The notes beneath the pieces are model-generated. The model worked only from the letters and a program-made list of their open reading frames with translations, made no database searches and was not told the DNA's origin. This document shows positions 8,786 to 17,436 of a DNA stretch of 33,203 bases, one piece after another; the first letter of the stretch is position 1, and each line of letters opens with the position of its first letter. This DNA is from a virus (taxonomy: Duplodnaviria > Caudoviricetes), in IMG/VR virus record IMGVR_UViG_3300005611_000121, positions 1-33,203 of that record; one strand, written 5' to 3'. The position numbers and the translations under genes were made by a program.

Positions 8786-10627
8786 CTAGTGTATTTCAGA
8801 ATAATTATAACCGAATTGAACATCAATGTCAAGCTTTCTATTTAACTTTATTTCATCATTTGTGCGTTTGATTGCCTCCTTAAGTAGACTCTCTGTGATC
8901 TCTTCTTCTCCTTCCTTAATAAGGTTTATCGTTTCATCGTGGAACTGTGCTACTTGCACAAGACCTAGATCCCTTTGGTGCTTAACCCAAGTATCAAAAC
9001 ACCACACACCAGTGCCTTGATTGAGTGTAGAAAATCTATCCTTCTCATGTCGTAAGCTGTACCAGAGTCTACTCACTGGATTGTACAACCACTTCTGCCC
9101 TCTACACACCTTAACTTCTTGTGCATCAGCAATAGCACGTACAGACCAGTTACGCTTCCAGTAAGCCTCTACTAGCCTATCCCCCTTGCTTGTAGCAATG
9201 CCAGCGGCTCTCGCTACTGTACTACCACCAGCTCCGTATACGCAACTGTAGTTAGCTTGCTTGTAAGTGTGCCTCACTACACCCCAGTCCTCCTTGCCAG
9301 TCTTGTGGTTGTTTGCCTGCTCTTGAGACATGGCACCAGCAGCTACAGCCAAATCTAAGTGCGGATCGAAGTCTTCTGTAGTCATCTCTAACACGTAGTC
9401 TTTGTCATAATCCCACATGTAGTGTTGCTTAGTCCTATCTTCAAGACTACTCATGTCACTACCACACAACTTATAACCACTAGGTGCTATGAGACAGCCC
9501 CTGATTAACTCACCGTAAGGCTTATTAACTCCAGGTAGGTTGACACAGACCCTGTGCTTCAGTCTCAGCGTATTAGTCAAGCCTTGCATACTAGCCTTGA
9601 CATAACCATTGGCATCTACATTTGATAGAAAGCCCTTAAGAATACTGATCCTGTGGGATAGTACACTGAGTCCATCAAGTAGTTCAAGCTGTGGTTGTTT
9701 GCTATATAGTCGCTTAATACTAGGGCAGACACCACCACCATCTTGTGCATTAATTTGTTCAATCTTCCGTACATCACCTGTTTCCTTATCACGTTTGTAG
9801 TTGAAGGTCTCTGGCTCCCATCCAAGAGAGAACAGCCAAGACTTAACCTGTACGTGTGATCCTGGGTTTGGGTCATCGTAACCAGTAATTACTTCTAGCT
9901 CACCATCATAATCAAATGGTACACCAAGCTCCTCACAAGTAGTTTGCCACTTCAATCCTTGTGCAGACAGCTCCCCATTAATCTTGTATGGTTTCTTAGG
10001 GCGGCTCTTAGAAGCCTTCTTAGCCACTTTAGGCATTACTGAGGCTAACCCAGCCTTCTTCTCTGAAACCTCCTCAGAGAGGCTTACAAGGGCCTTCTCG
10101 CACCTATCCTTATCTAACAGCCAGCCAACACCCTCTTGTTCAGCTACTACAGACACTTTAAAGGATAAATAGTCCACCAACCTCCAAGCTTTCTCTTCAC
10201 TTCCGTATAGGGCTACTAGGTGTGACCACATTTTATCCCAGAGTTTCTGGTTTATCTTTACATCTTCTTCACACCTATGTATGTACTCCTCTACTGTCAG
10301 TGAGTCCCAGTCAACTATCTTAGGCTTAGGTATCCCGAAGTCCTCACCCCAACTCTCCAGCCCATGTAGTACACGTTTGGGATACAAGTACCAAGATATT
10401 GCAAGTGTATCCACGAGCTTGGCTTTGACCTTTATGTCAAGCACTCTTTCTAGGTGTGGTATATCCCATAGGGTTATGTTGTGACCTATTAGTACAGTAG
10501 CTTTGGATAGCATTGAGCGCATTGCTTTGTAGCTGGTGGTTGATACAACCTTACCGCCCTCAGACTTACTCATACACCAAAACTTACTGGGCTCTAATCC
10601 ATTTCCTTCACAATCAAATACTATCAT
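8786..10627 (-). CDS. polA: Family A DNA polymerase with 3'-5' exonuclease
   Basis: Exo I VFDCE, Exo II GHNITLWD, Exo III RCEED; motif A GSDMSSLEDR; motif B RHTYKQANYSCVYG; motif C FHDE. Confidence 0.95.
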   Translation of the reverse strand: MIVFDCEGNGLEPSKFWCMSKSEGGKVVSTTSYKAMRSMLSKATVLIGHNITLWDIPHLERVLDIKVKAKLVDTLAISWYLYPKRVLHGLESWGEDFGIPKPKIVDWDSLTVEEYIHRCEEDVKINQKLWDKMWSHLVALYGSEEKAWRLVDYLSFKVSVVAEQEGVGWLLDKDRCEKALVSLSEEVSEKKAGLASVMPKVAKKASKSRPKKPYKINGELSAQGLKWQTTCEELGVPFDYDGELEVITGYDDPNPGSHVQVKSWLFSLGWEPETFNYKRDKETGDVRKIEQINAQDGGGVCPSIKRLYSKQPQLELLDGLSVLSHRISILKGFLSNVDANGYVKASMQGLTNTLRLKHRVCVNLPGVNKPYGELIRGCLIAPSGYKLCGSDMSSLEDRTKQHYMWDYDKDYVLEMTTEDFDPHLDLAVAAGAMSQEQANNHKTGKEDWGVVRHTYKQANYSCVYGAGGSTVARAAGIATSKGDRLVEAYWKRNWSVRAIADAQEVKVCRGQKWLYNPVSRLWYSLRHEKDRFSTLNQGTGVWCFDTWVKHQRDLGLVQVAQFHDETINLIKEGEEEITESLLKEAIKRTNDEIKLNRKLDIDVQFGYNYSEIH

Positions 10628-11123
10628 AGCCTTGTCCCAACTCTGGGTATCTGTCTTTAAACTTTAAGCAGAATCTAGCAACACACTGTTGAGCATTCTG
10701 CTTACTACATCGTAGTATTTTAGAAACCTCAGTTACCGTATAGCCCATGATTAGTGCTAGGTAACAGATATTCTTTGGGTTAGCTGGTAGTAGCTCTATC
10801 TCCTTAAGGACTTCCTTCTGTAACTCCTTGTCCTCTAACTCATAGATAGCTGTGTCCTCATCTATAGTGCTGTGCATAGCTGATCCGTTTTGCTTCTCTC
10901 TTAGTAAGTCTCGTAAGCAGTTGTTGATAATACCAACAAACCAAAACTCTAAGTCAACTAGCTCCTCTCTATATGAATCTTTATATACCAATGCTCGGTA
11001 GAAACCCTCTTGAACAAGATCCTCTACATCATTAGCACCTGCTCTTGATCGGTACATAGTGATAAGGTCATCCCGTTTAGCTTGATATAACTTCTCGATA
11101 GCTTCTTCTATATTACGCTTCAT
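10614..11123 (-). CDS. ECF-like RNA polymerase sigma factor
   Basis: Region 2-like EDLVQEGFYRAL...WFVGIINNCLRDLLR and region 4 HTH LLPANPKNICYLALIMGYTVTEVSKILRCS. ATG 11123 preferred. Confidence 0.8.
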   Translation of the reverse strand: MKRNIEEAIEKLYQAKRDDLITMYRSRAGANDVEDLVQEGFYRALVYKDSYREELVDLEFWFVGIINNCLRDLLREKQNGSAMHSTIDEDTAIYELEDKELQKEVLKEIELLPANPKNICYLALIMGYTVTEVSKILRCSKQNAQQCVARFCLKFKDRYPELGQGYDSI

Positions 11124-12765
11124 TGAACAACCCCGTATTTTTATCCCAGTATAGACTAAACTCACCACTCTCACCAAACTCTCTGTCATTAAGCATTACA
11201 ATCTTACGCATGTTTCGTTCCTCTTCTGTTAACTCTGGATCTTTATTGCCCTCTAAACCTAGAGCGTAATGACAAGATCTAGCCATAGCACTACTACCTG
11301 CAAAGTAGTCTGTAGTTATCTTACCACCCCTGTCCCAAGGTGTGCCACCTTTAGGTTTGTTTAAGTGACAGAAGATGAAGATCATAATGTCTAAGTCTTT
11401 AGCTAGTACAGCCAAGTCTTGTGCCACACCTTGCAAGTGTGTGTTTATCTCAGAGCTAGCCATACCATTTGTTAGGTTGGTTACAGGATCTATGAATGCT
11501 ACCTTGACCCCACTAGCAGAGGCTGACCTTAAATCAGCCTTGAGTATATCAAAGGTTAGGTTCTGCCACAAGTCCAGCATTGCAAGCTTGTCCCCTATGA
11601 CCTCGCCAGCCTCATCGTAAGCTTTCTCATCAAAAGGAATCTTAGGATCATGGAATATTTTACCTGCAATTTTACCTGCAACCAACTTATAAGTCTTCTT
11701 AATAGCCTCTTCTGGCTTAGCCATTAGGATTTTTAAGTTGTGTTCCTTTATGAAGTGAGCGCCAAAAGTGTTTACTATCTCACTCTTACCCATCTTCTCA
11801 CCAGCCGCTATATACATGGTCTCACCAAATCTCATGCCACGAGTCTTCTGTGTTAACCACTCCCAAGGGTAGCTCAGACCCCAAGTAGCTTGTCCCTTAG
11901 CAGACTCATGTACAGCACTACCCCACACTATACGGCTGTTCTTGCCCTTCTGAGCGTTGAACTGTGTGGCACTAAAAGCAGCCTTACCACTACCGTTTAG
12001 TAAACAGTCGTTAGCATCCTTACCTGGAAGTGTTATTATAGTAGCGTCTGGAAGTATCTTGCTAACCTCATTAGCTGCCTTCTCCCCTGCCTTATCCTGA
12101 TCAAAGCACAAAGATATTTCTTTGAAGTGCTTACTGATCTTTGATGACAGCTTGGCCAAGTCATTAGCTGCTGCACTAGCACCATGTGGTAGACTACACA
12201 CTGCTGGCATATAGTCTCTGTAGGCTTCCTTGGTATAGGTCTGTAATATGGTTTTTAGTGCTGCTGCATCTAACTCTCCCTCTGTTATGATGAGGCGCTT
12301 AGCCCCTGTCTTGATAGCAGCTTCCCAACCAAACAGGTCAACATCCTTGACATTGCCTACCGTCCACATCTTCTTAGTTTCTATGTGGCGCACCTTATAT
12401 CCAACAATCTTACCACCCTTTGTGTAAGGGTAGTAGTGGTAGGCTGGAGTCTTGCCATCATACTGGCTTAGGCCAACCTTTATTCCGAAGAAGTCTAGTG
12501 CTTTCTTTCTAAGCTTTCTGCTTGGTAAGTCACAGGCGACACATGAGTTAATCGTCTCGATCTCCTCTGCGATCTCTTCCTTAGTCTTACCAAGACGTTC
12601 CTTCTTTGGTATGTCATCTAACGTTTTACCTTGTCCAAGTGGGTCTGGTACAAAGACTCCACAACTAAAACAGAAGCCATCAAGACTACCATCCTCTTTG
12701 GCGAACACCTGTAAGGCATCCCTGCTACCACAACTGTGCGGCAGCTTTTTGATACATTGACTCAA
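11113..12765 (-). CDS. DNA primase-helicase (T7 gp4-like)
   Basis: Zinc finger HSCGSRDA...CFSC; TOPRIM ITEGELDA and CFDQD; SF4 helicase GEKMGKS, FIDP, FCHL. TTG 12765 follows GGAGG. Confidence 0.92.
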   Translation of the reverse strand: MSQCIKKLPHSCGSRDALQVFAKEDGSLDGFCFSCGVFVPDPLGQGKTLDDIPKKERLGKTKEEIAEEIETINSCVACDLPSRKLRKKALDFFGIKVGLSQYDGKTPAYHYYPYTKGGKIVGYKVRHIETKKMWTVGNVKDVDLFGWEAAIKTGAKRLIITEGELDAAALKTILQTYTKEAYRDYMPAVCSLPHGASAAANDLAKLSSKISKHFKEISLCFDQDKAGEKAANEVSKILPDATIITLPGKDANDCLLNGSGKAAFSATQFNAQKGKNSRIVWGSAVHESAKGQATWGLSYPWEWLTQKTRGMRFGETMYIAAGEKMGKSEIVNTFGAHFIKEHNLKILMAKPEEAIKKTYKLVAGKIAGKIFHDPKIPFDEKAYDEAGEVIGDKLAMLDLWQNLTFDILKADLRSASASGVKVAFIDPVTNLTNGMASSEINTHLQGVAQDLAVLAKDLDIMIFIFCHLNKPKGGTPWDRGGKITTDYFAGSSAMARSCHYALGLEGNKDPELTEEERNMRKIVMLNDREFGESGEFSLYWDKNTGLFNEA

Positions 12766-12775
12766 TGAAACCTCC

Positions 12776-12841
12776 AAAATATTTTCTAACAAAAATTGCT
12801 TGCTTGCCTATGGCAAAACTCCCAGTTTTACGGGGAAAACC
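12776..12841. repeat. Dispersed intergenic element, copy A
   Basis: aaaatattttcta...tgcctatggcaaaactcccagttttacggggaaaacc; about 51 of 66 positions match copy B by manual alignment. Confidence 0.8.
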
Positions 12842-12843
12842 CC

Positions 12844-13149
12844 TCACATCTCCCCAAGTACTTTCATCTGTTGTGCTAACACCCAAGTACCACCTTGTGA
12901 TTCAGGTCTGTCTAGGTACTGGAATCCGTCAACAAGTACCCTACACCACACCCTACCCTTGTCACTAAGGTGTGGGGCACTAGGCTTAAGGCAGCAATGC
13001 CAACCTGGTCTGTGCTTATAGCCCTTAGTTGGGATGTCCTGTGCAACCAGCCACTCACCTACCGCAACGCGTTGCTTACGGTTGATAAACAATGGGCCTA
13101 GTGACCCGTCCTTACGTTTGTTTAGTAATTTATAAGCTACCTGAGTCAT
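12844..13149 (-). CDS. Hypothetical phage protein
   Basis: 101-aa ORF (AYKL...LGPLFIN...RPGWHC...QGGTW) coupled to the upstream gene. Confidence 0.7.
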   Translation of the reverse strand: MTQVAYKLLNKRKDGSLGPLFINRKQRVAVGEWLVAQDIPTKGYKHRPGWHCCLKPSAPHLSDKGRVWCRVLVDGFQYLDRPESQGGTWVLAQQMKVLGEM

Positions 13150-13400
13150 AGTACCCCTGCTCCTAAATGTTCGTAGGCTACTTCCCTGTTCATGTCAGAA
13201 GGGGAGAAAAACTTTTTCCAAAGTTTATAGTGATCAAGAGAAATATCATTGACGTCAACACTAAGATAGTCAGCCACACTAACCACTGGACGGTTCAACA
13301 GGACGAATAGAAGGCTTGCCTCTTTCTTAGTAAGCTCTACATGAGTTGAGTATGTTTCTTCAGTTACTACAACAGTTTTTTCTTTCTTAATACATTTCAT
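13146..13400 (-). CDS. Hypothetical protein
   Basis: 84-aa ORF with GGGAG RBS. Confidence 0.6.
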   Translation of the reverse strand: MKCIKKEKTVVVTEETYSTHVELTKKEASLLFVLLNRPVVSVADYLSVDVNDISLDHYKLWKKFFSPSDMNREVAYEHLGAGVL

Positions 13401-13444
13401 GACGTTTCTCCCAATACACCACAGTGCAGTAGTTTCCTATATTA

Positions 13445-14149
13445 TTACTCATTTGTCAATGCCTCCCATGATTGTGGAAATAGCGGGGCAATAATATCTC
13501 CCCATTGTTTAGCCAACTCCTGTATCTCTACTTGAGCATGAGCATCAATACGTTGCTTATAAGCCCTAGCCCATGCTGATAGAGAGCCTGTCACGTAGTA
13601 CTCGGTGTACATGGATTGAGGTAGAACCATACGAGCCTGTTCAGGGGCTACTCCTGCTGACAGCATGTTAAGGTAGGCAAGCTCACAATTATCTACTACC
13701 TCTTCATATACATCCTTTATGTTTACTTGAGCAGCCTCCCCTGAGTGATGATCATAGTCCCACTCGATAGTAGCAACAACCTCGTCACCACTGCCCTGCT
13801 TAACACTACCTTCAGGCCTACTACGCCATGTATCAGGCACAAAGAACTCAGGCTCATCATCTACGTATCGTCTGCTTACTTCATTGTAGGTAAACCCCAC
13901 CATGTGCTTAAACCGTTGTCTAGCCACAAAGATAGGCACCTTCTCACGCATCATGATTTGTGGGTGACTAAAGGGTGTCCAGTGGTTGTGCTTGGCTAGG
14001 TATTTGATTAGCTTCTCGTCCTGTTCCAGTAGCCCATCAGGATCTCCTGCCCAATTGGTTGCCCACTCACTCTCCTTACTAAAACTCACCCTAGCAGCAT
14101 TCACTACAGTTAAGTCAGAGCCCATATATTCAATTAGTGTTGCTTTCAT
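13445..14149 (-). CDS. thyX: Flavin-dependent thymidylate synthase
   Basis: VVNAARVS, HWTPF, ARQRFKH...NEVSRRY, EQARMVLPQ and HAQVEI motifs. Confidence 0.93.
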   Translation of the reverse strand: MKATLIEYMGSDLTVVNAARVSFSKESEWATNWAGDPDGLLEQDEKLIKYLAKHNHWTPFSHPQIMMREKVPIFVARQRFKHMVGFTYNEVSRRYVDDEPEFFVPDTWRSRPEGSVKQGSGDEVVATIEWDYDHHSGEAAQVNIKDVYEEVVDNCELAYLNMLSAGVAPEQARMVLPQSMYTEYYVTGSLSAWARAYKQRIDAHAQVEIQELAKQWGDIIAPLFPQSWEALTNE

Positions 14150-14549
14150 TATCTCCCCTCACCATATCAATCTTACGTTGAAGTGTATCTACAGCTTCCT
14201 GTAAGTCCTTGTCCCGATCCTTAACACCACGCTTACCACTACACAGCAGCTTCTTAATAGCGTGTTGCATACAACCACTAGGGTCATCCACCCCAAACAA
14301 AGCACACACAGCGTAAACATCTACATAATCTAAACCACTGACATCTTTGTAGTAGTGAGAGTGCTTACGTTCTGGCACACTACTTTTGATAAGCTCAATC
14401 TCCTCTGCCCTAACCCACAAACGCTTGCCCCTAGCCGCTACTAAATAGGGGTAGGCTAGGCTAGGCAAATAGCTTACTATAACAACCTCCACACCTTTTA
14501 GTGATTGTAGCGAACCTCCAACATACCTCACCTCATCACCAATGTTCAT
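14130..14549 (-). CDS. DUF3310-like domain protein
   Basis: C-terminal HYY...VDVY...HAIKKLL...RGVKD...DLQEA pattern resembles DUF3310. ATG 14549 overlaps the upstream stop. Confidence 0.55.
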   Translation of the reverse strand: MNIGDEVRYVGGSLQSLKGVEVVIVSYLPSLAYPYLVAARGKRLWVRAEEIELIKSSVPERKHSHYYKDVSGLDYVDVYAVCALFGVDDPSGCMQHAIKKLLCSGKRGVKDRDKDLQEAVDTLQRKIDMVRGDNESNTN

Positions 14550-14911
14550 AGATTCAACCACTCCTCATATTGTGGGGCACTAACATTAATGCCCAACCGC
14601 TCAAGTTCCAGTAGCCAATTATTCTTGCCGTCATAACTAGCCGTATCATGGAAGGCTTGTAACATCGTAAACACTCTCATATTGTCTAACACTACCTGTG
14701 GTAGTAGCTTAGTGTCCAAATTAATGAGGGCAGTGTCTATTGGCAGCTTACTAGGATCTTTCTCATTGAGAAGCCAGCCTACTGCACAATGCTTACCATC
14801 TTCAGAAGCGTATAAGCACAGACCTTCCTCATCCAGACACTGACCACCCTGTTCAACTATCTTTGCTACAGCATAGTCACATGCTTGCTGTACTGAGTCA
14901 AAGTTATTCAT
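14546..14911 (-). CDS. Hypothetical Cys/His protein (paralog of 17026..17436)
   Basis: Shares ACDYAVAKIVEQ, HCAVGWLL, FHDT and SAPQY with 17026..17436. Confidence 0.75.
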   Translation of the reverse strand: MNNFDSVQQACDYAVAKIVEQGGQCLDEEGLCLYASEDGKHCAVGWLLNEKDPSKLPIDTALINLDTKLLPQVVLDNMRVFTMLQAFHDTASYDGKNNWLLELERLGINVSAPQYEEWLNL

Positions 14912-15041
14912 TGTTTACTCCTATCCATATGCCTCTGGCATCAATAAAGTTTATCCAGTCACTCGTAGTCCAAAGTAGAGTGGTCACTGGTGGTACGGGC
15001 ATCAAGTATGAGCCCTTATTGTAAGCTTCTGCTTTAGTCAT
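14904..15041 (-). CDS. Small hypothetical protein (45 aa, MTKAEAYNKG...)
   Basis: Read manually; AAGGAG RBS; stop overlaps the next gene start. Absent from the ORF track. Confidence 0.6.
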   Translation of the reverse strand: MTKAEAYNKGSYLMPVPPVTTLLWTTSDWINFIDARGIWIGVNNE

Positions 15042-15044
15042 TTG

Positions 15045-15143
15045 TTACTCCTTAAGTCCAAGCTCATAGGCTTCAAACAAGTCTCTAGCGATGGCTACAA
15101 TATACTCGTTTACGAATACGCTAATCTTCATTAGTTTTGGCAT
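15045..15143 (-). CDS. Small hypothetical protein (32 aa, MPKLMKISVF...)
   Basis: Read manually; AGGAG RBS. Confidence 0.5.
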   Translation of the reverse strand: MPKLMKISVFVNEYIVAIARDLFEAYELGLKE

Positions 15144-15152
15144 GTCTTGCTC

Positions 15153-15377
15153 CTATGTTCGGTTCAGCGCATCACTTACAAGCTTGGGTAGCTGCTTCTT
15201 AAAGTAGGTGCCCACGTAAGACTCCTCTCCACCATATAGAGGTATATCAAAAAGAAGATAAACGCCGTTACAGTGGTAGCAGACCGCGCCCCCATCCTGA
15301 AAAATATTAAAGTAATGGCATTCACCGTCTTTCTTGAGGGCGCTCAATGATTTAGCTATCTCTTTTTCTGTTTCCAC
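15153..15377 (-). CDS. Hypothetical protein
   Basis: 74 aa; AGGAG RBS and GTG start. Confidence 0.65.
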   Translation of the reverse strand: METEKEIAKSLSALKKDGECHYFNIFQDGGAVCYHCNGVYLLFDIPLYGGEESYVGTYFKKQLPKLVSDALNRT

Positions 15378-15441
15378 TTGTTACTCCTACGTTCGGTACT
15401 ATTGAGCCGAATAATGCAGATAATCGGCTCTATGATTGGCA

Positions 15442-15615
15442 CTACTCTTCTTTTTCCTGCTCAGGCAAGCTAAAAATTCTAAAATCTAACGTTTGCCCAT
15501 TTAGAAAGCAGAACTCTACAATCTCGCTAATTGTCGCCTTTGGGTTTTGCAACAACTTGCCAAGCCGCTCGTAGAACTTTCCTGCTGCGTATATTTCTGA
15601 TTTTTTAAACTCCAT
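15442..15615 (-). CDS. Small hypothetical protein (57 aa, MEFKKSEIYA...)
   Basis: Read manually; AGGAG RBS. Confidence 0.6.
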   Translation of the reverse strand: MEFKKSEIYAAGKFYERLGKLLQNPKATISEIVEFCFLNGQTLDFRIFSLPEQEKEE

Positions 15616-15741
15616 CTCTTGCTCCTAATTACTTAGCGTTTCGTATAAAGCTTTATTAGCCTGATCGACCACTTTTAAATTATCTGCGTCATAGCTCCAG
15701 TACTGCCCTACGCATTCTGTCGTATTCCGCGCCCAAGTCGT

Positions 15742-16101
15742 TTAACCGCATGCTACGCCCTCAAAAAGCAAACTTTCTATAGCGCGAATGTCGGCACACT
15801 GCGCCGCGCGCATCTCGTCTAGAAGCTTTATAGACTGTGTAAACGACTCGCACAGCGGTGCGTAAGGCGGTTTAGGGTCTGAGTCTTTTTCGAGAGGGAT
15901 GTCTACACCAGTAATTCTTACTACTAGCGCGGTTAACATTTCAGAAACAGCGTGCATGTCGTCAACCGCGTCCAAAAGTCTGTGGTGGTTGGGCTTACTA
16001 ACTTCCTCGGTTTCAGCAGGGGGGTTAGGGAAGTAGTTGCCCGCGTTAGAGCGGGCTCCTGCGCCAGACATTCCTAGGGCTCTATCTATTTTGCCAGTCA
16101 T
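15742..16101 (-). CDS. Hypothetical protein
   Basis: 119 aa with GGAG RBS. Confidence 0.6.
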   Translation of the reverse strand: MTGKIDRALGMSGAGARSNAGNYFPNPPAETEEVSKPNHHRLLDAVDDMHAVSEMLTALVVRITGVDIPLEKDSDPKPPYAPLCESFTQSIKLLDEMRAAQCADIRAIESLLFEGVACG

Positions 16102-16125
16102 ATTTATTCTCCGAATTGGTTGTGG

Positions 16126-16218
16126 TTATGGTGTTGTAGCTATTGCTACTGACAATGAGACGCTTCGTTCTTTTGCTAGCCGCTTTACTGCTAGCCGCCT
16201 GAGTTCCTTCTTAGTCAC
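16126..16218 (-). CDS. Small basic peptide (30 aa, MTKKELRRLAVKRL...)
   Basis: AAGGAG RBS; GTG start overlaps the upstream stop. Confidence 0.45.
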   Translation of the reverse strand: MTKKELRRLAVKRLAKERSVSLSVAIATTP

Positions 16219-16460
16219 TTGTTACTCCTTTGGTTCCTAAGCCAGTTGAACGTGTTAACTAATACTGCGGTGGTCGCTATACCCGCCACCGCCATTAGCG
16301 CGATAGGTACAACAGCGGGGGCAGCGATCCCCGACAACAGTACTATCCCTACAAGCTCTCCTTTAGCGTCTGTGTATAATGTCAAGTACAAGGCTACTGC
16401 AACCCCAAGTACAGCACTTAATGCCCACAGTATTGTGAATATTTCTTCATTAGTCATCAC
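16215..16460 (-). CDS. Small membrane protein
   Basis: Two to three long hydrophobic segments in 81 aa. Confidence 0.65.
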   Translation of the reverse strand: MMTNEEIFTILWALSAVLGVAVALYLTLYTDAKGELVGIVLLSGIAAPAVVPIALMAVAGIATTAVLVNTFNWLRNQRSNK

Positions 16461-16483
16461 TCACCCCTAGTGCTTCATCAGTT

Positions 16484-16548
16484 AAAATATTTTCTAGCAG
16501 TAATTACTTAGCTGCCTATGGGAAAACTCTTGTTTTGTGAGGGAAACC
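16484..16548. repeat. Dispersed intergenic element, copy B
   Basis: aaaatattttctagcagtaattacttagctgcctatgggaaaactcttgttttgtgagggaaacc. Confidence 0.8.
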
Positions 16549-16559
16549 AGAGTGAAAAC

Positions 16560-17039
16560 TCAATGTCTAACACGAAGAGCATTCTTCATACCTTTGTTAA
16601 TACAGCTTTGTACAAAAGCTTTCTGATTCCCTACAAACTCCCCGAATCTATCGTAATACAATACTTGTCCTTTAGTATCGGCCTCAAGTATGTCTAAGGC
16701 TAGACTGGACAAACCCATAGATACACCTTCCCTAATATGAATGTCTGCTACTAAAGATTCATCATTTACGCCAAAACCTAAATCCTCTTCTAAGTGGATT
16801 ACATCATGCCAGAATCTAAACATAGTGTTAACAGAGTGATTGTCGTAGATTGTCTGGTCTGATCCATAGGATGCAATAGGAACTACAAAACCCTTTGTCA
16901 TTTCCTTTAAATCCTTATAGCTCTCAGGTGCTTCAGCAACTAATTGGTAGCTCCAACCCCGACCAATACACTCCTTGGCCTTAAGTGTTACAAGCATACG
17001 TATTTCTTTTACCGCGTTATTGAAATCAGTCTCTAACAT
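16560..17039 (-). CDS. Hypothetical protein with FRxxHDxxH motif
   Basis: 159 aa containing NTMFRFWHDVIH; GGGAG RBS. Confidence 0.7.
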   Translation of the reverse strand: MLETDFNNAVKEIRMLVTLKAKECIGRGWSYQLVAEAPESYKDLKEMTKGFVVPIASYGSDQTIYDNHSVNTMFRFWHDVIHLEEDLGFGVNDESLVADIHIREGVSMGLSSLALDILEADTKGQVLYYDRFGEFVGNQKAFVQSCINKGMKNALRVRH

Positions 17040-17436
17040 ATAAATCTCCCATATCTACCCAATCTTTATATTGTGGGGCACTTGTGTCAACACCTAAATC
17101 ATTTAGTCCAATAAGTAATTCCCCTCTAGCAGGGCACCCCCTTGTATCATGAAACTGCTGTAAGGTGCGGAGTACATATCGGTTGTTTGAAATAAATTTG
17201 GGCGCTAAGCCTTTAGAAATCAGACCATCCACATTGCCCTTAAACCCCATAAGTTCGGCATTATCCTCGTCCAACAACCAGCCCACTGCACAGTGTCGCC
17301 CTTTTTGATTACCGTAGGCACAACTGATCTCGTTATTATCTGACCTCGTACAACGACCACACTGTTCAACGATCTTAGCTACAGCATAGTCACAGGCTTC
17401 TTGTACTGTCATTTCATTAAGCGTTTCTTCTTTCAT
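17026..17436 (-). CDS. Hypothetical Cys/His protein (paralog of 14546..14911)
   Basis: Shares motif blocks with 14546..14911. Confidence 0.75.
   Translation of the reverse strand: MKEETLNEMTVQEACDYAVAKIVEQCGRCTRSDNNEISCAYGNQKGRHCAVGWLLDEDNAELMGFKGNVDGLISKGLAPKFISNNRYVLRTLQQFHDTRGCPARGELLIGLNDLGVDTSAPQYKDWVDMGDLYVRD

Noticed and set aside
982-14204. Numerous short opposite-strand or alternate-frame ORFs inside nrdJ, phoH, polA, primase and thyX
   Set aside because: They lie within or across well-supported genes and carry no recognisable motifs.
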